A stretch of 62,054 bases of DNA, filler included, from Nemertoderma westbladi (GCA_032718475.1; 3 parts of 3 records of this genome joined end to end with filler, not necessarily neighbours in it); one strand, 5' to 3'. Positions 1 to 13,047 are shown, counted from the whole stretch's first letter. The notes: a model not told the origin generated them from the sequence alone. Numbers and translations are program-made.

Positions 1-39
1 ATATAATTTCCAACGCTCTACCAACTGAGCTACTGAACC
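1..39 (-). other. tRNA-like 5' fragment (tRNA gene or tRNA-derived SINE head), cut by the window edge
   Basis: Minus strand reads GGTTCAGTAGCTCAGTTGGTAGAGCGTTGG, an A-box/D-arm-like sequence. The rest lies outside the window. Confidence 0.35.
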
Positions 40-292
40 ACTTGACCGATAGATGCATAATAGATAGAACCAATACGAATGAGAACTCAAAGCAATCTTT
101 ACAAAGTTAATCCGAATAAAATAAAATTTTGAAAATCCACGGCATTTAGGGAATATAATTCTATAGTTGTGTTCCTGTATGTTTGTGTGTTTACTACTAG
201 ATTTACTGATAGTATTTGCCTTTACGATTTTCCGATCGGAATTAATAATAATAAGTACCATAAGCACACCATAAACCTAGGGGCCTACTGAA

Positions 293-609
293 ATACACCA
301 TGTCCTGGAATATAGTGTCGTTATTCAGGTACCTGCCCCCCCCCCCCATACACCATGTCCTGGAATATAGTGTCGTTATTCAGGTACCTGCCCCCCCCCC
401 CCCATACACCATGTCCTGGAATATAGTGTCGTTATTCAGGTACCTGCCCCCCCCCCCATACACCATGTCCTGGAATATAGTGTCGTTATTCAGTTGCCCC
501 CCCCCCCCCCATACACCATGTCCTGGAATATAGTGTCGTTATTCAGGTACCCCCCCCCCCCCCAGTACACCATGTCCTGGAATATAGTGTCGTTATTCAG
601 GTACCTGCC

Positions 610-630
<21 letters not shown>
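293..630. repeat. Minisatellite, ~53-bp unit with poly-C tract, ~6 copies
   Basis: ATACACCATGTCCTGGAATATAGTGTCGTTATTCAGGTACCTG(C)n repeated in tandem. Confidence 0.9.
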
Positions 631-640
<10 letters not shown>

Positions 641-678
641 AAACAAATCTTATAAGATTGCTTGATATTTGAAACAGG

Positions 679-2395
679 GATAGTTTCACCTCCCGACCAC
701 TGACTGATAGTTCCACCTCCCGACCACTGACTGATAGTTTCACTTCCCGACCACTGACTGATAGTTTCACCTCCCGACCACTGACTGATAGTTTCACTTT
801 CCGACCACTGACTGATAGTTTCACCTCCCGACCCACTGACTGATAGTTTCACTTCCCGACCACTGACTGATAGTTTCACTTCCCGACCACTGACTGATAG
901 TTTCACCTCCCGACCACTGACTGATAGTTTCACTTCCCGACCACTGACTGATAGTTTCACTTCCCGACCACTGACTGATAGTTTCACTTCCCGACCACTG
1001 ACTGATAGTTTCACCTCCCGACCACTGACTGATAGTTTCACTTCCCGACCACTGACTGATAGTTTCACTTCCCGACCACTGACTGATAGTTTCACTTCCC
1101 GACCACTGACTGATAGTTTCACTTCCCGACCACTGACTGATAGTTTCACTTCCCGACCACTGACTGATAGTTTCACTTCCCGACCACTGACTGATAGTTT
1201 CACTTCCCGACCACTGACTGATAGTTTCACTTCCCGACCACTGACTGATAGTTTCACTTCCCGACCACTGACTGATAGTTTCACTTCCCGACCACTGACT
1301 GATAGTTTCACTTCCCGACCACTGACTGATAGTTTCACTTCCCGACCACTGACTGATAGTTTCACTTCCCGACCACTGACTGATAGTTTCACTTCCCGAC
1401 CACTGACTGATAGTTTCACTTCCCGACCACTGACTGATAGTTTCACTTCCCGACCACTGACTGATAGTTTCACTTCCCGACCACTGACTGATAGTTTCAC
1501 TTCCCGACCACTGACTGATAGTTTCACTTCCCGACCACTGACTGATAGTTTCACTTCCCGACCACTGACTGATAGTTTCACTTCCCGACCACTGACTGAT
1601 AGTTTCACTTCCCGACCACTGACTGATAGTTTCACTTCCCGACCACTGACTGATAGTTTCACTTCCCGACCACTGACTGATAGTTTCACTTCCCGACCAC
1701 TGACTGATAGTTTCACTTCCCGACCACTGACTGATAGTTTCACTTCCCGACCACTGACTGATAGTTTCACTTCCCGACCACTGACTGATAGTTTCACTTC
1801 CCGACCACTGACTGATAGTTTCACTTCCCGACCACTGACTGATAGTTTCACTTCCCGACCACTGACTGATAGTTTCACTTCCCGACCACTGACTGATAGT
1901 TTCACTTCCCGACCACTGACTGATAGTTTCACTTCCCGACCACTGACTGATAGTTTCACTTCCCGACCACTGACTGATAGTTTCACTTCCCGACCACTGA
2001 CTGATAGTTTCACTTCCCGACCACTGACTGATAGTTTCACTTCCCGACCACTGACTGATAGTTTCACTTCCCGACCACTGACTGATAGTTTCACTTCCCG
2101 ACCACTGACTGATAGTTTCACTTCCCGACCACTGACTGATAGTTTCACTTCCCGACCACTGACTGATAGTTTCACTTCCCGACCACTGACTGATAGTTTC
2201 ACTTCCCGACCACTGACTGATAGTTTCACTTCCCGACCACTGACTGATAGTTTCACTTCCCGACCACTGACTGATAGTTTCACTTCCCGACCACTGACTG
2301 ATAGTTTCACCTCCCGGCCACTGACTGATAGTTTCACTTCCCGACCACTGACTGATAGTTTCACTTCCCGACCACTGACTGATAGTTTCACCTCC
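679..2395. repeat. 27-bp minisatellite, ~63 near-identical copies
   Basis: Unit GATAGTTTCACTTCCCGACCACTGACT. It explains the spurious ORFs (EVKLSVSGR)n and (SETISQWSG)n. Confidence 0.97.
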
Positions 2396-2497
2396 CTCCT
2401 CCTCGCTGACTGGGGGAGCCAGCATTTTTATTTTTGCTCTCTTTCTTTAGCTACAAGCGTTTGTAAAGTGTGTCACCGCAGTTATTCTTCAACCTTT

Positions 2498-3106
2498 GGG
2501 GCCATGCACAAATGATGTCACCCTTTTTTTGACGATTTTCGACCCCCCCCCCCCCCCTCGTCACAATCTGTCACAAATTTTGTAACCCCCCTCCCCACTT
2601 GAACGTCACGTCACAAAAAATACCCAGTATAGTTAATAAAAAATGTTAAATTTGAAATTATTATGTTATTAATACTAAATGTTAATACTTCATTAATTCA
2701 GCTGTACACAATGACTAAACAAGGAAGACACCCCGCATATTCACTCCCATGGGAATGACGACATCTGAGTTTCGACATCGATCACCGGAAGTGCACCAGG
2801 TATACGATCGACTATTGTGCCACTTCCTGGGTCTAACTCTACCTCGTCCTTATCTACCCAGTCAATGTGGTGTTCTTCATCTTTATCGCCACTTAGAATT
2901 AACACTTTATCACCTCGACTCGCGATTACTTGAATAGATTTCACTTTGGCTGTTGATGTTGGTGTTATGTATTTTATTTGTTCACCAAAGTGCTATTGTG
3001 ACGTCACAAGTATAGCTACTCCCCCCCCTCCTCCCCATGTCACAAATTGTCACAAAATTGCAACCCCCCCCCCCCTTCGACCGTGACATCATTTGTGCAC
3101 GGCCCC
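2498..3106. mobile_element. Non-autonomous TIR element (PIF/Harbinger-like MITE)
   Basis: Terminal inverted repeats GGGGCCATGCACAAATGATGTCAC / GTGACATCATTTGTGCACGGCCCC, flanked by TTT/TTA. The related copy at ~42350 lacks the insertion. Confidence 0.75.
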
Positions 3107-4329
3107 TTATGTGATTTGTTGGTTTTGTTAGAAAGCTGGCCGTGAAAGGATTCTAAATATGTAAAACAATCTGAATTTCGACGTAAAATAGCTGAGATGT
3201 AAGCGTTCAAATGTTGCATGGTTTTTCACGCACAAGGCTATTTATTATATTCTATTCAATAAATACGAATAAACATGTCAACTGTTGATTTATGACTCCA
3301 GCTAATGGACTATAATAAACAAACACCAGCGTTAAACCTCGTTAAACAACCCCCCTCGATCCCCCCCCCCCCCCCCCTCCATACCACTACTTCTACTACT
3401 AACCATTAAACACCCCCCCCCCCCCCTCACCCCACCACTAGGTCTACTACTAACCACTAACGGGAAGTTGTGCTTGGTAGAACCTCCGTGACTCATCCTC
3501 AGAGGATGTGGTGATTGGCAGGTTGACGCCTGTAGCATTATATATATATATATATATTAAATAAATACACAATATTCTGGAACATGTTGAACATAATAAA
3601 ACTAGTAGGTGGCTTTTCATACATAAACAAAATGTTCCAGAATATGGTGTATTTATTAAATCGAATAAAATAGCCTGCCACAGGTGCAAAGCCATAACAT
3701 TCCAACGTACCATATCTCAGCTATTTTACGACGAAATTCAGATTGTTTTACATATTTGTAATCCTTGCACGGCCAGCTTTCTAACAGTACCAATAAATTA
3801 CTATTCAATATATGGTTGAATAATAGCTGCTCGCTACTGTGTAACTGATGCAATTTCGTCGGAGACACATTTTTTCAAACACAAAAATAAAAATTTTCAA
3901 AAGAAAAATTAAGGTGAAACAATCCCTGATTAAAATTTAATGAAATTTATAATCTCAAGCAAGCAAACAGTCGGACGAAGCCGGAGGCGACCCGAAGGCT
4001 CCTCTTTCGATAGCTGCTACCCGAGGGTAGGGGTGGTCGCTACTCCTAGCTGCTACACGAGGTTAGGGGTGGGCGCTACTCCTATACCAAGATTTGCTCC
4101 CAGTAATTTAACTGGTACTCTACTGGATAAGATGGTACTGTAGTAGATAATCTGATAACTCATTAAAATTTGTATTTTTTTTTGGGGGGGGGGGGGGGGG
4201 GGGTGCAGCGACCTAATTTTAGACTTCTATGTTCCATGGCATGGTGTATATAGGCCACACCACTAGGATTCAATGCTGACCGCCCCCTCAACGCAGCACC
4301 TCTATAAAGTTCGCCGTCAGCGATGTAAA

Positions 4330-6360
4330 TCACTATACGATGGTTCAACGACATTTGTGTCTACCATTGATGGTGACACATATCCAGAACAGTTGTAGTA
4401 AGGGGAGTCCTCCAGGGAGACACACTTGCGCCATTCATATTCATAATTGTGGTTGACTATGTCCTACGCTTGTCCTTAGACCATCATAGTGATGATGGAT
4501 GTGACGGTAACTCCACCTACTGGCTCCAGAAGTTATGATGACATATAGATAAACTTGAAGGGGATACTGAACTTGGGAGAAACGAACTCTATGGAGTATG
4601 GAGAATCGGGAGGCCTGTAAGGATCTCAGTTCCACTGTCCGAGTTCGCTCGATCTAGTAGTAGTTGGAGAATCGGGAAGCCTGGAAGGATCTCATTTCCA
4701 CCGACCGAGTTCGCTCGACCTAGTAGTAGTTGGAGAATCGGGAAGCCTGGAAGGATCTCATTTCCACTGTCCGAGTTCGCTCGACCTAGTAGTAGTAGTT
4801 AGAGAATCGGGAAGCCTGGAAGGATCTCATTTCCACTGTCCGAGTTCGCTCGACCTAGTAGTAGTAGTTAGAGAATCGGGAAGCCTGGAAGGATCTCATT
4901 TCCACTGTCCGATTTCGCTCGACCTAATAGTAGTTGGAGAATCGGGAAGCCTGTAAGGATCTCAGTTCCACTGTCCGAGTTCGCTCGATCTAGTAGTAGT
5001 TGGAGAATCGGGAAGCCTGGAAGGATCTCAGTTCCACTGTCCGAGTTCGCGGAGAATCGGGAAGCCTGGAAGGATCTCATTTCCACCGACCGAGTTCGCT
5101 CGACCTAGTAGTAGTTAGAGAATCGGGAAGCATGGAAGGATCTCATTTCCACTGTCCGAGTTCGCTCGACCTAGTAGTAGTAGTTAGAGAATCGGGAAGC
5201 CTGGAAGGATCTCATTTCCACTGTCCGATTTCGCTCGACCTAATAGTAGTTGGAGAATCGGGAAACCTGGAAGGATCTCATTTCCACTGTCCGAGTTCGC
5301 TCGACCTAGTAGTAGTAGTTGGAGAATCGGGAAGCCTGGAAGGATCTCATTTCCACTGCCCGAGTTCGCTCGACCTAGTAGTAGTTGGAGAATCGGGAAG
5401 CCTGGAAGGATCTCATTTCCACTGTCTGAGCTCGCTCGACCTAGTAGTAGTTGGAGAATCGGGAAACCTGGAAGGATCTCATTTCCACTGTCCGAGTTCG
5501 CTCGACCTTTGGTCAGGTCAGGTATTCTAGGTCATTGATCAAGAAAACTTGCCACCTCCATGCAGCATAAAGGAGGTGCCACCTGTAGCTCATTAGAACA
5601 TGCTGCTTCTAGTGTTGGTCTTTTTATTAACTCCAGAAAGACCAAAATTTTGACAGCTAACTTTGAAAGTCTTCAGCAAGTCTCTGATCGGATGAGCATA
5701 AGCTCAAAAGATGGTATGCTTGAGCATGTGGATGACATCTGTTACCTGAGATCATGGATCCGGAAGTCAGGTGAGGACCTTCGAATACGTAAGGGAAAGG
5801 CATGGGCAGCCTTGAATAGGCTTTCCAGGATTTGGAAGTCACCGAGAATTAATCGGAAACTTAAGGTCCGTTTATTTAGCGCAGCAGTAGTTCCAGTACT
5901 CCTCTATGGGAGTCCATGCTGGGCTCTAACTGCTGAGGACACCAAATTTCTGGACGGCACATTCACAAGAATGCTACGCCGGGTTCATTGTGTCAAGTTC
6001 ATTGCACACATCTCCAACCAGACACTATATAACATTGGAGGTGTCTCGTGTCTCATTGGTTCCCCCAAGCTTGACACTAGAACAAAATCGCCTCCGCTTT
6101 GCAGGACATTGCTTTCCGCGTGAGGACCAGCCAGTGCATAATCTTGTACTTTGGCAGCCTCATGGAGTGAATAAGCATGGTGGACAGCCCATGACTTTCT
6201 TTAGACGCATCTTAAAGGACACTGGCCTTGAAGATGCGGATGATCTAGCAAATGTCATGGGTGATAAGGAGTTGTGGCGGTGCAATTTTGTCGATAAGCC
6301 GGCACAGCATTCTTAAAAATGCAGCTGCAATGCAGCATGCCGATCCTAGTAGTAGTAGTC
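4330..6360 (+). mobile_element. Decayed RTE-clade non-LTR retrotransposon (RT fragments), interrupted by a 66-bp array
   Basis: GVLQGDTLAPFIFIIVVDYVLR at ~4402-4470; RKGKAWAALNRLSRIWKS..KLKVRLFSAAVVPVLLYG..W; RLRFAGHC; frameshifts; (TAG)n tail at ~6347. Confidence 0.85.
4600..5507 (+). repeat. 66/69-bp tandem array made of an RTE 3' terminus plus (TAG)n tail, ~14 copies; ~2 more copies at 6360-6508
   Basis: Unit GGAGAATCGGGAAGCCTGGAAGGATCTCATTTCCACTGTCCGAGTTCGCTCGACC(TAG)nTT. Confidence 0.9.
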
Positions 6361-6919
6361 GCTCGACCTAGTAGTAGTTGGAGAATTGGCAAGCCTGGAA
6401 GGATCTCATTTCCACTGTCCGAGTTCTCAACCTAGTAGTCGTTGGAGAATTGGCAAGCCTGGAAGGATCTCAGTTCCACTGTCCGAGTTCGCTCGACCTA
6501 GTAGTAGTTACAAAAAGTTGGTTGAACGATTCGACAGAATTAACACTATCAGATTAATTAATTAATTGGTGATCTCATAATTACTCATAAATATTCGATT
6601 ACGTATAATAATTAATTCATACAAATTAACTTTTGCATACCGGTAAATATATTACCAAATTAATTCTAATTAAATCGTGATTAATTTCTAAATGGTTACA
6701 TTCACACATCTAGGTTATACATTACTTAAACAACACATTGAGTTTTGCAGTTAGCTGCAATCGGCTATCGCAGGAATAAATCTATATATATACTTAAATA
6801 TGGAAATCAGTGAAATAAAGAAAAGAGTGAAAATGTGTACTTTTTGGTGTCCTGCATGGTCCTAGGAGTTGTCTATCCGGCTGTAACATTTAACATAATA
6901 GCTACGAAAATGCCTTGAA

Positions 6920-7072
6920 ATACTGGTACCATTATCACCGGTATACCATATTACCATACCGGTACCATTATCACCGGAACACCGGTATTACCATACCGGT
7001 ATCACCGGTATACCATATTACCATACTGGTACCATTATCACCGGTATACCATATTACCATACCGGTATCACA
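6920..7072. repeat. Degenerate short-unit minisatellite (ACCGGTA / TACCAT motifs)
   Basis: Recurrent CCATTATCACCGGTATACCATATTACCATA. Confidence 0.7.
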
Positions 7073-8105
7073 TACATATCACAATTACATCTCAATTATT
7101 TCAGACGTGGTTTATTTCTTGTAAAAGTTCAGTTCAGTTAAGTTCAGTTTTTGACAACTAAAATGAATACATTTCTCTCACACGAAATTACAACAATTGA
7201 AATTGAAACAAACTAAAAAAGCATTATGTCAATCAGCGGCGGAATATATTCAGACAAAATGAATTACCAAAAAATAACAAAATTAGTTTTCATTTTCAAA
7301 ACATTTTCCCAAAATAAATTTGCACCAAATGTATAATTAGGATGTTATAGACTGTTTTTATTATCTATTATAGTTTTAGAATATCAAATAGGTCAATGAC
7401 ATAATAATAAATATAATAATATATATGTCAATAATCAATATATTTATTTTTTGCACCAAAACTGTAAGAAACTAAAATTATTTATAGACACCAAAGTTGC
7501 TCAACAAATATAATTATTATCAATCATTATTATAAATCAATAGTACTTTAAATTCATTAATATTAGACTAGAACCTCAGACTAAGCATTGGGGGAGTGTC
7601 ACACTTCCCCCCCCCCCCCCCCCCCGTTAATAGTCTAGACGTCTGGTGGTCTAATGGCAAAGGTGTTTTGTTGTATTGTTTTGGTTAGGGTTTATCAATT
7701 AAGCCTCAATTCTTATTACTATCATTTTGTAACCGTATTTAGTAGCGTTTGGTTACATTGGAGTTTTAATTAGAATTGAGGCCGCCAGTTGAGGGGGGTG
7801 TAACATGGACCTACCTGCTTGACAAAACGTTAGTATTACCTGTACAAGTATAAAATGATAAATACAGTAATAAATATATAAAGAAAAATTAGGATAAACT
7901 AGAATATAAACCAACGGTATAAAATTGCAGTTTCTACAGGGAGATACTCGGTTGCGATAAACGTTCGTAAAAAAACAACGTAGAAAAATTAGTCCTATGG
8001 TTTTTAAGGGTTAATGTAAGTTTATATTGATGTTATTAACAACAATAGCTGGGGGTGTAGTGGGAGTATGAGGAGTTAGTTAGTATGGGAGTTGACTGAG
8101 CTCCC

Positions 8106-9494
8106 TTAACCCGCTCCCCTACTCCCAACTGCGGCTGCCGCCACCAGCGCGGCTCCCTTCCCGCTCCCATCATCCGACAACTTGAGTCGGACCCGGAACT
8201 GGGGGGTCAGCTCCTCCATGGTCGTTGCCATGGTATCCGCGAAGGTGGGATGCATCCGGTATACCGCGCCGTCCATACCGACCACAACGCGTCGTCGGTT
8301 CACCTTGGTAACGAGAGACGCGAGCGCGGCCGCGCACAGCTTAGCGGCGCGGTCTGCGACGACCCGACAGACACGCTGGACGAGTCGCAACTCGGCCCCC
8401 GAGGGGTTGCCGACCCCGAACTCGGCTCGCAGCAACTCGCGAGTCGCCCGGAGGTCCCTGCTCGAATCCCCGCAGACGATCCCGTTGTGAACCGCCGAGA
8501 AGCAGCCGCTCGTAGCGAAGGGCTTCCCATCGACGCCGCGACACAACGCCCCTAAATCTACGAACCTCAACAACAACAACCTCGAGATCTCCCCCAGGTA
8601 CATCCCGCTGACCATCTTCTCGAAGATCTGAGCCCCGGGGTTCACTGAGGTTCGATCCACAGTGCGATCCACCACCGTACGGATCCCGTTGAGGGATCCA
8701 GTGGTCCCCAGACCGCCCCACTCCACGTTGACCACCATATCCCCACCGCGTTCCCAACCCCCGATGTTCTCGCTTCGCTCCAGATACGCGGCGTTCGTCC
8801 CGGTCCCAACGATACAACCGATCGCCGTTTCCGGTTCCAGGAACGCCGACGTCGCAATCATACCGACCGTGTCGTTAATCAACGCGACTATGTTGACGTT
8901 GACGTCTCCTCTCCTCTCCAAGGCCTCCTCTAATAGTTTAACAACGTCTTCGCCCTCCACCCCGGGCACAGAGAACCCCTTTGTCCATCGAACTAACCTT
9001 CCTGAGTTGATAGCAGACTGGCGGCACCCGAAAGAGAATGTAAACCCCAACGGGATATCCTTCCCGACTACTTGAATCTCGTTAACGAACTCCGCAATGC
9101 ATTGAGCGAGGTAGTCGAATAGATCCTCGGCTCGCTCGGCTCGCATTACCGCTTCCGGCATCCGGTACTTCCGGCAGTTTACCTTCATGGCGTCGTCTCC
9201 GATGTTTATGTGGATGACCCGGAAGTTTGTCCCTCCGAGGTCGAGGGCCAGGAAGTCCCCGCGTTCTGTCCCGTCCGGTAAACGACTCACATACGTCGGC
9301 AACATCAGCAGGTCCGACTGTACGCCGACGTCATCCCGTCTCAGCCCGGAGTCGATGTGGATCCGCATCGCTTGCATCACCGACAACAGCGACTCGCGAG
9401 TCAACTCGAACTCGTTAATCAACTGTTCCGTTTGTTTTAAAACTTCCCGTCTTCGGGAAATCAAAGAGGAAATGTAGGAGAGAGCGGCCAACAT
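8106..9494 (-). CDS. HK: Hexokinase, single-domain ~50 kDa type, intronless
   Basis: 462-aa ATG-started ORF with hexokinase motifs LALDLGGTNFRV, PLGFTFSF, WTKGF, INDTVG, IVGTGTNAAY, NVEWG, FEKMVSGMYLGE, DDGSGKGAALVAA. Confidence 0.95.
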   Translation of the reverse strand: MLAALSYISSLISRRREVLKQTEQLINEFELTRESLLSVMQAMRIHIDSGLRRDDVGVQSDLLMLPTYVSRLPDGTERGDFLALDLGGTNFRVIHINIGDDAMKVNCRKYRMPEAVMRAERAEDLFDYLAQCIAEFVNEIQVVGKDIPLGFTFSFGCRQSAINSGRLVRWTKGFSVPGVEGEDVVKLLEEALERRGDVNVNIVALINDTVGMIATSAFLEPETAIGCIVGTGTNAAYLERSENIGGWERGGDMVVNVEWGGLGTTGSLNGIRTVVDRTVDRTSVNPGAQIFEKMVSGMYLGEISRLLLLRFVDLGALCRGVDGKPFATSGCFSAVHNGIVCGDSSRDLRATRELLRAEFGVGNPSGAELRLVQRVCRVVADRAAKLCAAALASLVTKVNRRRVVVGMDGAVYRMHPTFADTMATTMEELTPQFRVRLKLSDDGSGKGAALVAAAAVGSRGAG

Positions 9495-9959
9495 TGTGGG
9501 TTCGAGTGAGAAATCGCCAGGTAGTCCGGAAATTCCCGGTTCCCCAAATTACTTTATTTACTCCCACCTGCCCACTGGCTGCTGTTATATTTACAGTTTA
9601 ATGTATTAACTATTTTTGTTTGAAAGTTATAAATAAGTAAGATAATGATGATTCCACTCCCACTAAATTAGATACTTTATTTACTTGGACATTGGACATT
9701 GATTGCACGAATGATGGATAAAGTACAACTACAATAATAATAAGAGGGGGTAAAGGTACATAGGTACTTAAGACTACAGACACATAAAGCGATCGGCTCC
9801 ATTGGGAATTGTCGCCTTTGTTACATAATGATATTTACCTTTTACCTACGCTCTGACGCTCTAGTTTCTGACTTTGAAATCAAACAGTGGATGCCGTCCG
9901 TTATCATTGGTAAACAATCGCAGCAAAATAGATCGAGAAAAATAGATCAGAGCATCTTG

Positions 9960-10300
9960 CACCTGCACCAGCACCCTGGCACCACAACCAACACTTGTAC
10001 CACAACCAACACCTGCACGACAACCAGCACCTGTACCACAACCAACCTGCAGCAACACCCTGGCACCACAACCAACACCTGCACCAGCACCCTGGCACCA
10101 CAACCAACACTTGATCCAACACCTGTACCACCTGACCACAACCAACAGCAACACCTGCACCTGAACCCACACCTGCACCACAACCAACACCTGCACCTAA
10201 ACCCACACCTGTACCACAACCAACACCTGCACCACCAACACCAGCACCACAACAAACACCTGCACCGAAACCAACACCTGCACCTAAACACGCACCCTGT
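9960..10300. repeat. Degenerate A/C-rich ~18-bp minisatellite
   Basis: CACCACAACCAACACCTG-like units. Confidence 0.8.
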
Positions 10301-11573
10301 GCACAGGGCAGGGCAATGCAGGGTGCACTGTGCACGCCCTCACCACATTCCTCGACAACATTGTAGAATCAGTAGAGCTCATGAACATTCACTGGATCGG
10401 TAACGGTAAAGTAATTTCTGATATTCAGAAACTAAGATTCAGGCGATAGGCCCCTGTCTGCCTGTCAGCCTGTCCTTAATTAAGATATGACTTTGTTTAT
10501 GTGTAAACCTACAGTCAGACAGTGTGTCTGTCTACAACGTCTGAACCTACGCACACAATCGATCAGATTGAGAACAGAAAAAATAATTTGGCAATGTCTG
10601 AATGTTGCGACTCAGTAACCTGTACCAGACAAATAGGTAATGAAGGAAGGCCTACGTCCTGACGTCTGGCACAGACAATGTTTGGCACTCAATGATGAAA
10701 CTTTGAAAATAAACAAATTAAACAACAGCCCATCAGACAGTTAGTATCGTTGCTATGCAACCGTATGTGATCCATCCAAATAAACTAAATATTGGCTCAA
10801 CTGATGCCTGATCTTCTCGCCCCATCTCGGCGAATTAATATCTCGTCGCGATTTTAAATTATCAATTAAGAGAAAGGAGCAAATATTAATGTGGGACATT
10901 ACACGAACCAAAACAATAACCAAAACTGAAAGTCCATATAACTGATATATTATACAGATATGAATTATGATTGCCCCGAAAGTCCCCCCCCCCCCCCCCC
11001 GTTCTTAATAATTATATATGATATGTAATTAATTAACCTACTGCTATAGTTAGATGAGTTCCAAAAAACATTATTATTAACTATTTATTATTGGCTACTA
11101 GTTTAAATGCTGTCACCCCAAACAATTATTAGGTGCAAAATTAAATAAAGTATTCTCAGAAAAAATATTACACTTGTTGTCCTTGTATTTCCCTTAAATA
11201 AGCCCGTCCACCAGCCCCCTCCTCCCTCACGGAAATCCCAACGAATGACGTACCCACGCACTCATCACGTGCACACTGTGTTGTACAACCAGAGTTGAAT
11301 TTCTATTTATAGATCTTTGCGCCGCCATATGGTGCAGCTAGACGTTGGTTCTACCATACAACCACGCATTGCATATAAATATCCCTGAGGAAACAATGTT
11401 ATCCGTTGTCAACAGCCTGTTGTTACCAGGTTTACATTAACTCCTTGTTTGTTCGCTACTATAGGTCAAATACAAAGAGAGAGTCGAGAGGAGAGAGGTG
11501 TCCGGGGGACGTCCGGGGTGTCCGGGCCCCCTTTACCTAAGTAGTCGTAAGTAGTAGCCATAAGTAGTAATCA

Positions 11574-11912
11574 TTTCCAAACATATCCATCATTTCCGAA
11601 CCTTTTCCATCGTTTCCGAACATATTCCATCGTTTCCGAACCTATTCCATCGTTTCCGAACATATTCCATTACATCGTTTCCGAACATATTCCATCGTTT
11701 CCGAACATATTCCATTACCTCGTTTCCGAACATATTCCATTACATCGTTTCCGAACATATTCCATCGTTTCCGAACCTATTCCATTACATCGTTTCCGAA
11801 CATATTCCATCGTTTCCGAACCTATTCCATCGTTTCCGAACCTATTCCATCGTTTCTGAACCTATTCCATCGTTTCCGAACATATTCCACCGTTTCCGAA
11901 CATATTCCACCG
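11574..11912. repeat. 20/25-bp minisatellite
   Basis: CGTTTCCGAAC(A/C)TATTCCAT(TACAT) repeated about 15 times. Confidence 0.9.
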
Positions 11913-12502
11913 CAAATGTCGAATGTGCGCACTTGTCTATAATGAAGCTCTTCATCATAAGTCATTTTTTAATCAAAGTACTTTCAGTTTTCGTGAAAGT
12001 CTTTGTGGCTTTTTTATTATATAACTCACGACGTTCGTTTGTGTAAAAGACCACACGAATCATGTTACCGACAATAGTACCGTATCTGTTCCGGGAGTGA
12101 GATACGTTAACCATAGCAACCATGTCCCAAAAGTAAATCACGTTAACCATCATATCCCAAAAGTAAATCACGATAACCATATCCCAAAAGTAAATCTACA
12201 ATGATACTGTATAACATAGATATGTAAGATTATATAAAAACCAAAAAAATAATGTTATTGCGAATTTTTTTTAACTGTGTTTTTCGCGTCGGCTGGTTTG
12301 AGGGAGTTGGTGTGTTTGTGATTGGGCGTAATTTCTGCGTTTCCGATTGGGCGTAGTTTCTAGTTTTATATATTTACATTATGTTGATCAAAGATTGGTA
12401 TATGTGTGCAGGTTTTGGTGTTCTCGTATTATTTAATATAAACGATATAAAATATTAATAAATAGAAACGTAATTCATCCTAATTTTCGAATTTTTTCAC
12501 AG

Positions 12503-12591
12503 GCGATGTTTATCGGCGAGATGAAATAGACTCAACTCATTATCCAATATTCCACCAGATGGAGGGAGTTAGGGTCTTTACGAAACAAGAA
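12503..12591 (+). CDS. FARS2: Internal exon of mitochondrial phenylalanine--tRNA ligase
   Basis: ttttttcacAG|...|GTAAGT boundaries; translates (G)[29 protein letters not shown], the class II motif 2 region of mitochondrial PheRS. Not in the ORF track; other exons not located. Confidence 0.85.
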
Positions 12592-12847
12592 GTAAGTTCA
12601 TAATCAATTAATTAATGTTGACAATTAAAAACATCATATTTGTGAAATATGAAATTATGAATATTTGTGAAAACAGTACGTAGGCCTACACTTATTAAAT
12701 CGATCATTGAAATTATATTTTTAATACATCCTAAGTAACAGAACTTGAACATTGCGTTTCGAATGAGACTAAAATTATTGAGGGAGTAGGAGTATGAGTA
12801 GGAGCTTTAGTTGCATATACAAACCTTCAGGGAAAAAAATTAAAATT

Positions 12848-13047
12848 AAAGCAACTCAATTGGTTCTTATTTTATTAAAGCAACTCTATTGGTTCTTATT
12901 TTATTAAAGCAACTCTATTGGTTTTTATTTTATTAAAGCAATTCTATTGGATCTTATTTTATAAAAGCAACTCTATTGGTTCTTATTTTATTAAAGCAAC
13001 TCTATTGGTTCCTATTTTATTAAAGCAACTCTATTGGTTCTTATTTT
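12848..13047. repeat. 29-bp minisatellite, ~7 copies
   Basis: AAAGCAACTCTATTGGTTCTTATTTTATT repeated. Confidence 0.9.

Larger units (their letters stand above)
640..3960. mobile_element. Degenerate foldback/MITE-like dispersed repeat hosting a 27-bp array and a nested MITE
   Basis: Sequence at 643-693, 2395-2497 and 3110-3220 resembles 42168-42460. 3110-3220 recurs inverted at ~3690-3800, and GGTGAAACAATCCCTG at ~3913 is an inverted copy of CAGGGATAGTTTCACC at ~675. Confidence 0.55.

Noticed and set aside
490-2425. 633-aa and 534-aa repetitive ORFs
   Set aside because: Translations of a 27-bp array that happens to lack stops; the array sits inside a non-coding dispersed repeat.
3465-3540. 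Possible hammerhead ribozyme (CTGAGGATGAG on the minus strand)
   Set aside because: No downstream GAAA core or convincing stems.
8182-9477. Overlapping and antisense ORFs in hexokinase (and likewise in CYFIP)
   Set aside because: Expected shadow ORFs of GC-rich coding sequence.
9828-10403. His/Gln/Thr- or Gly/Cys-rich ORFs
   Set aside because: Produced by a low-complexity 18-bp repeat; no recognisable domain.
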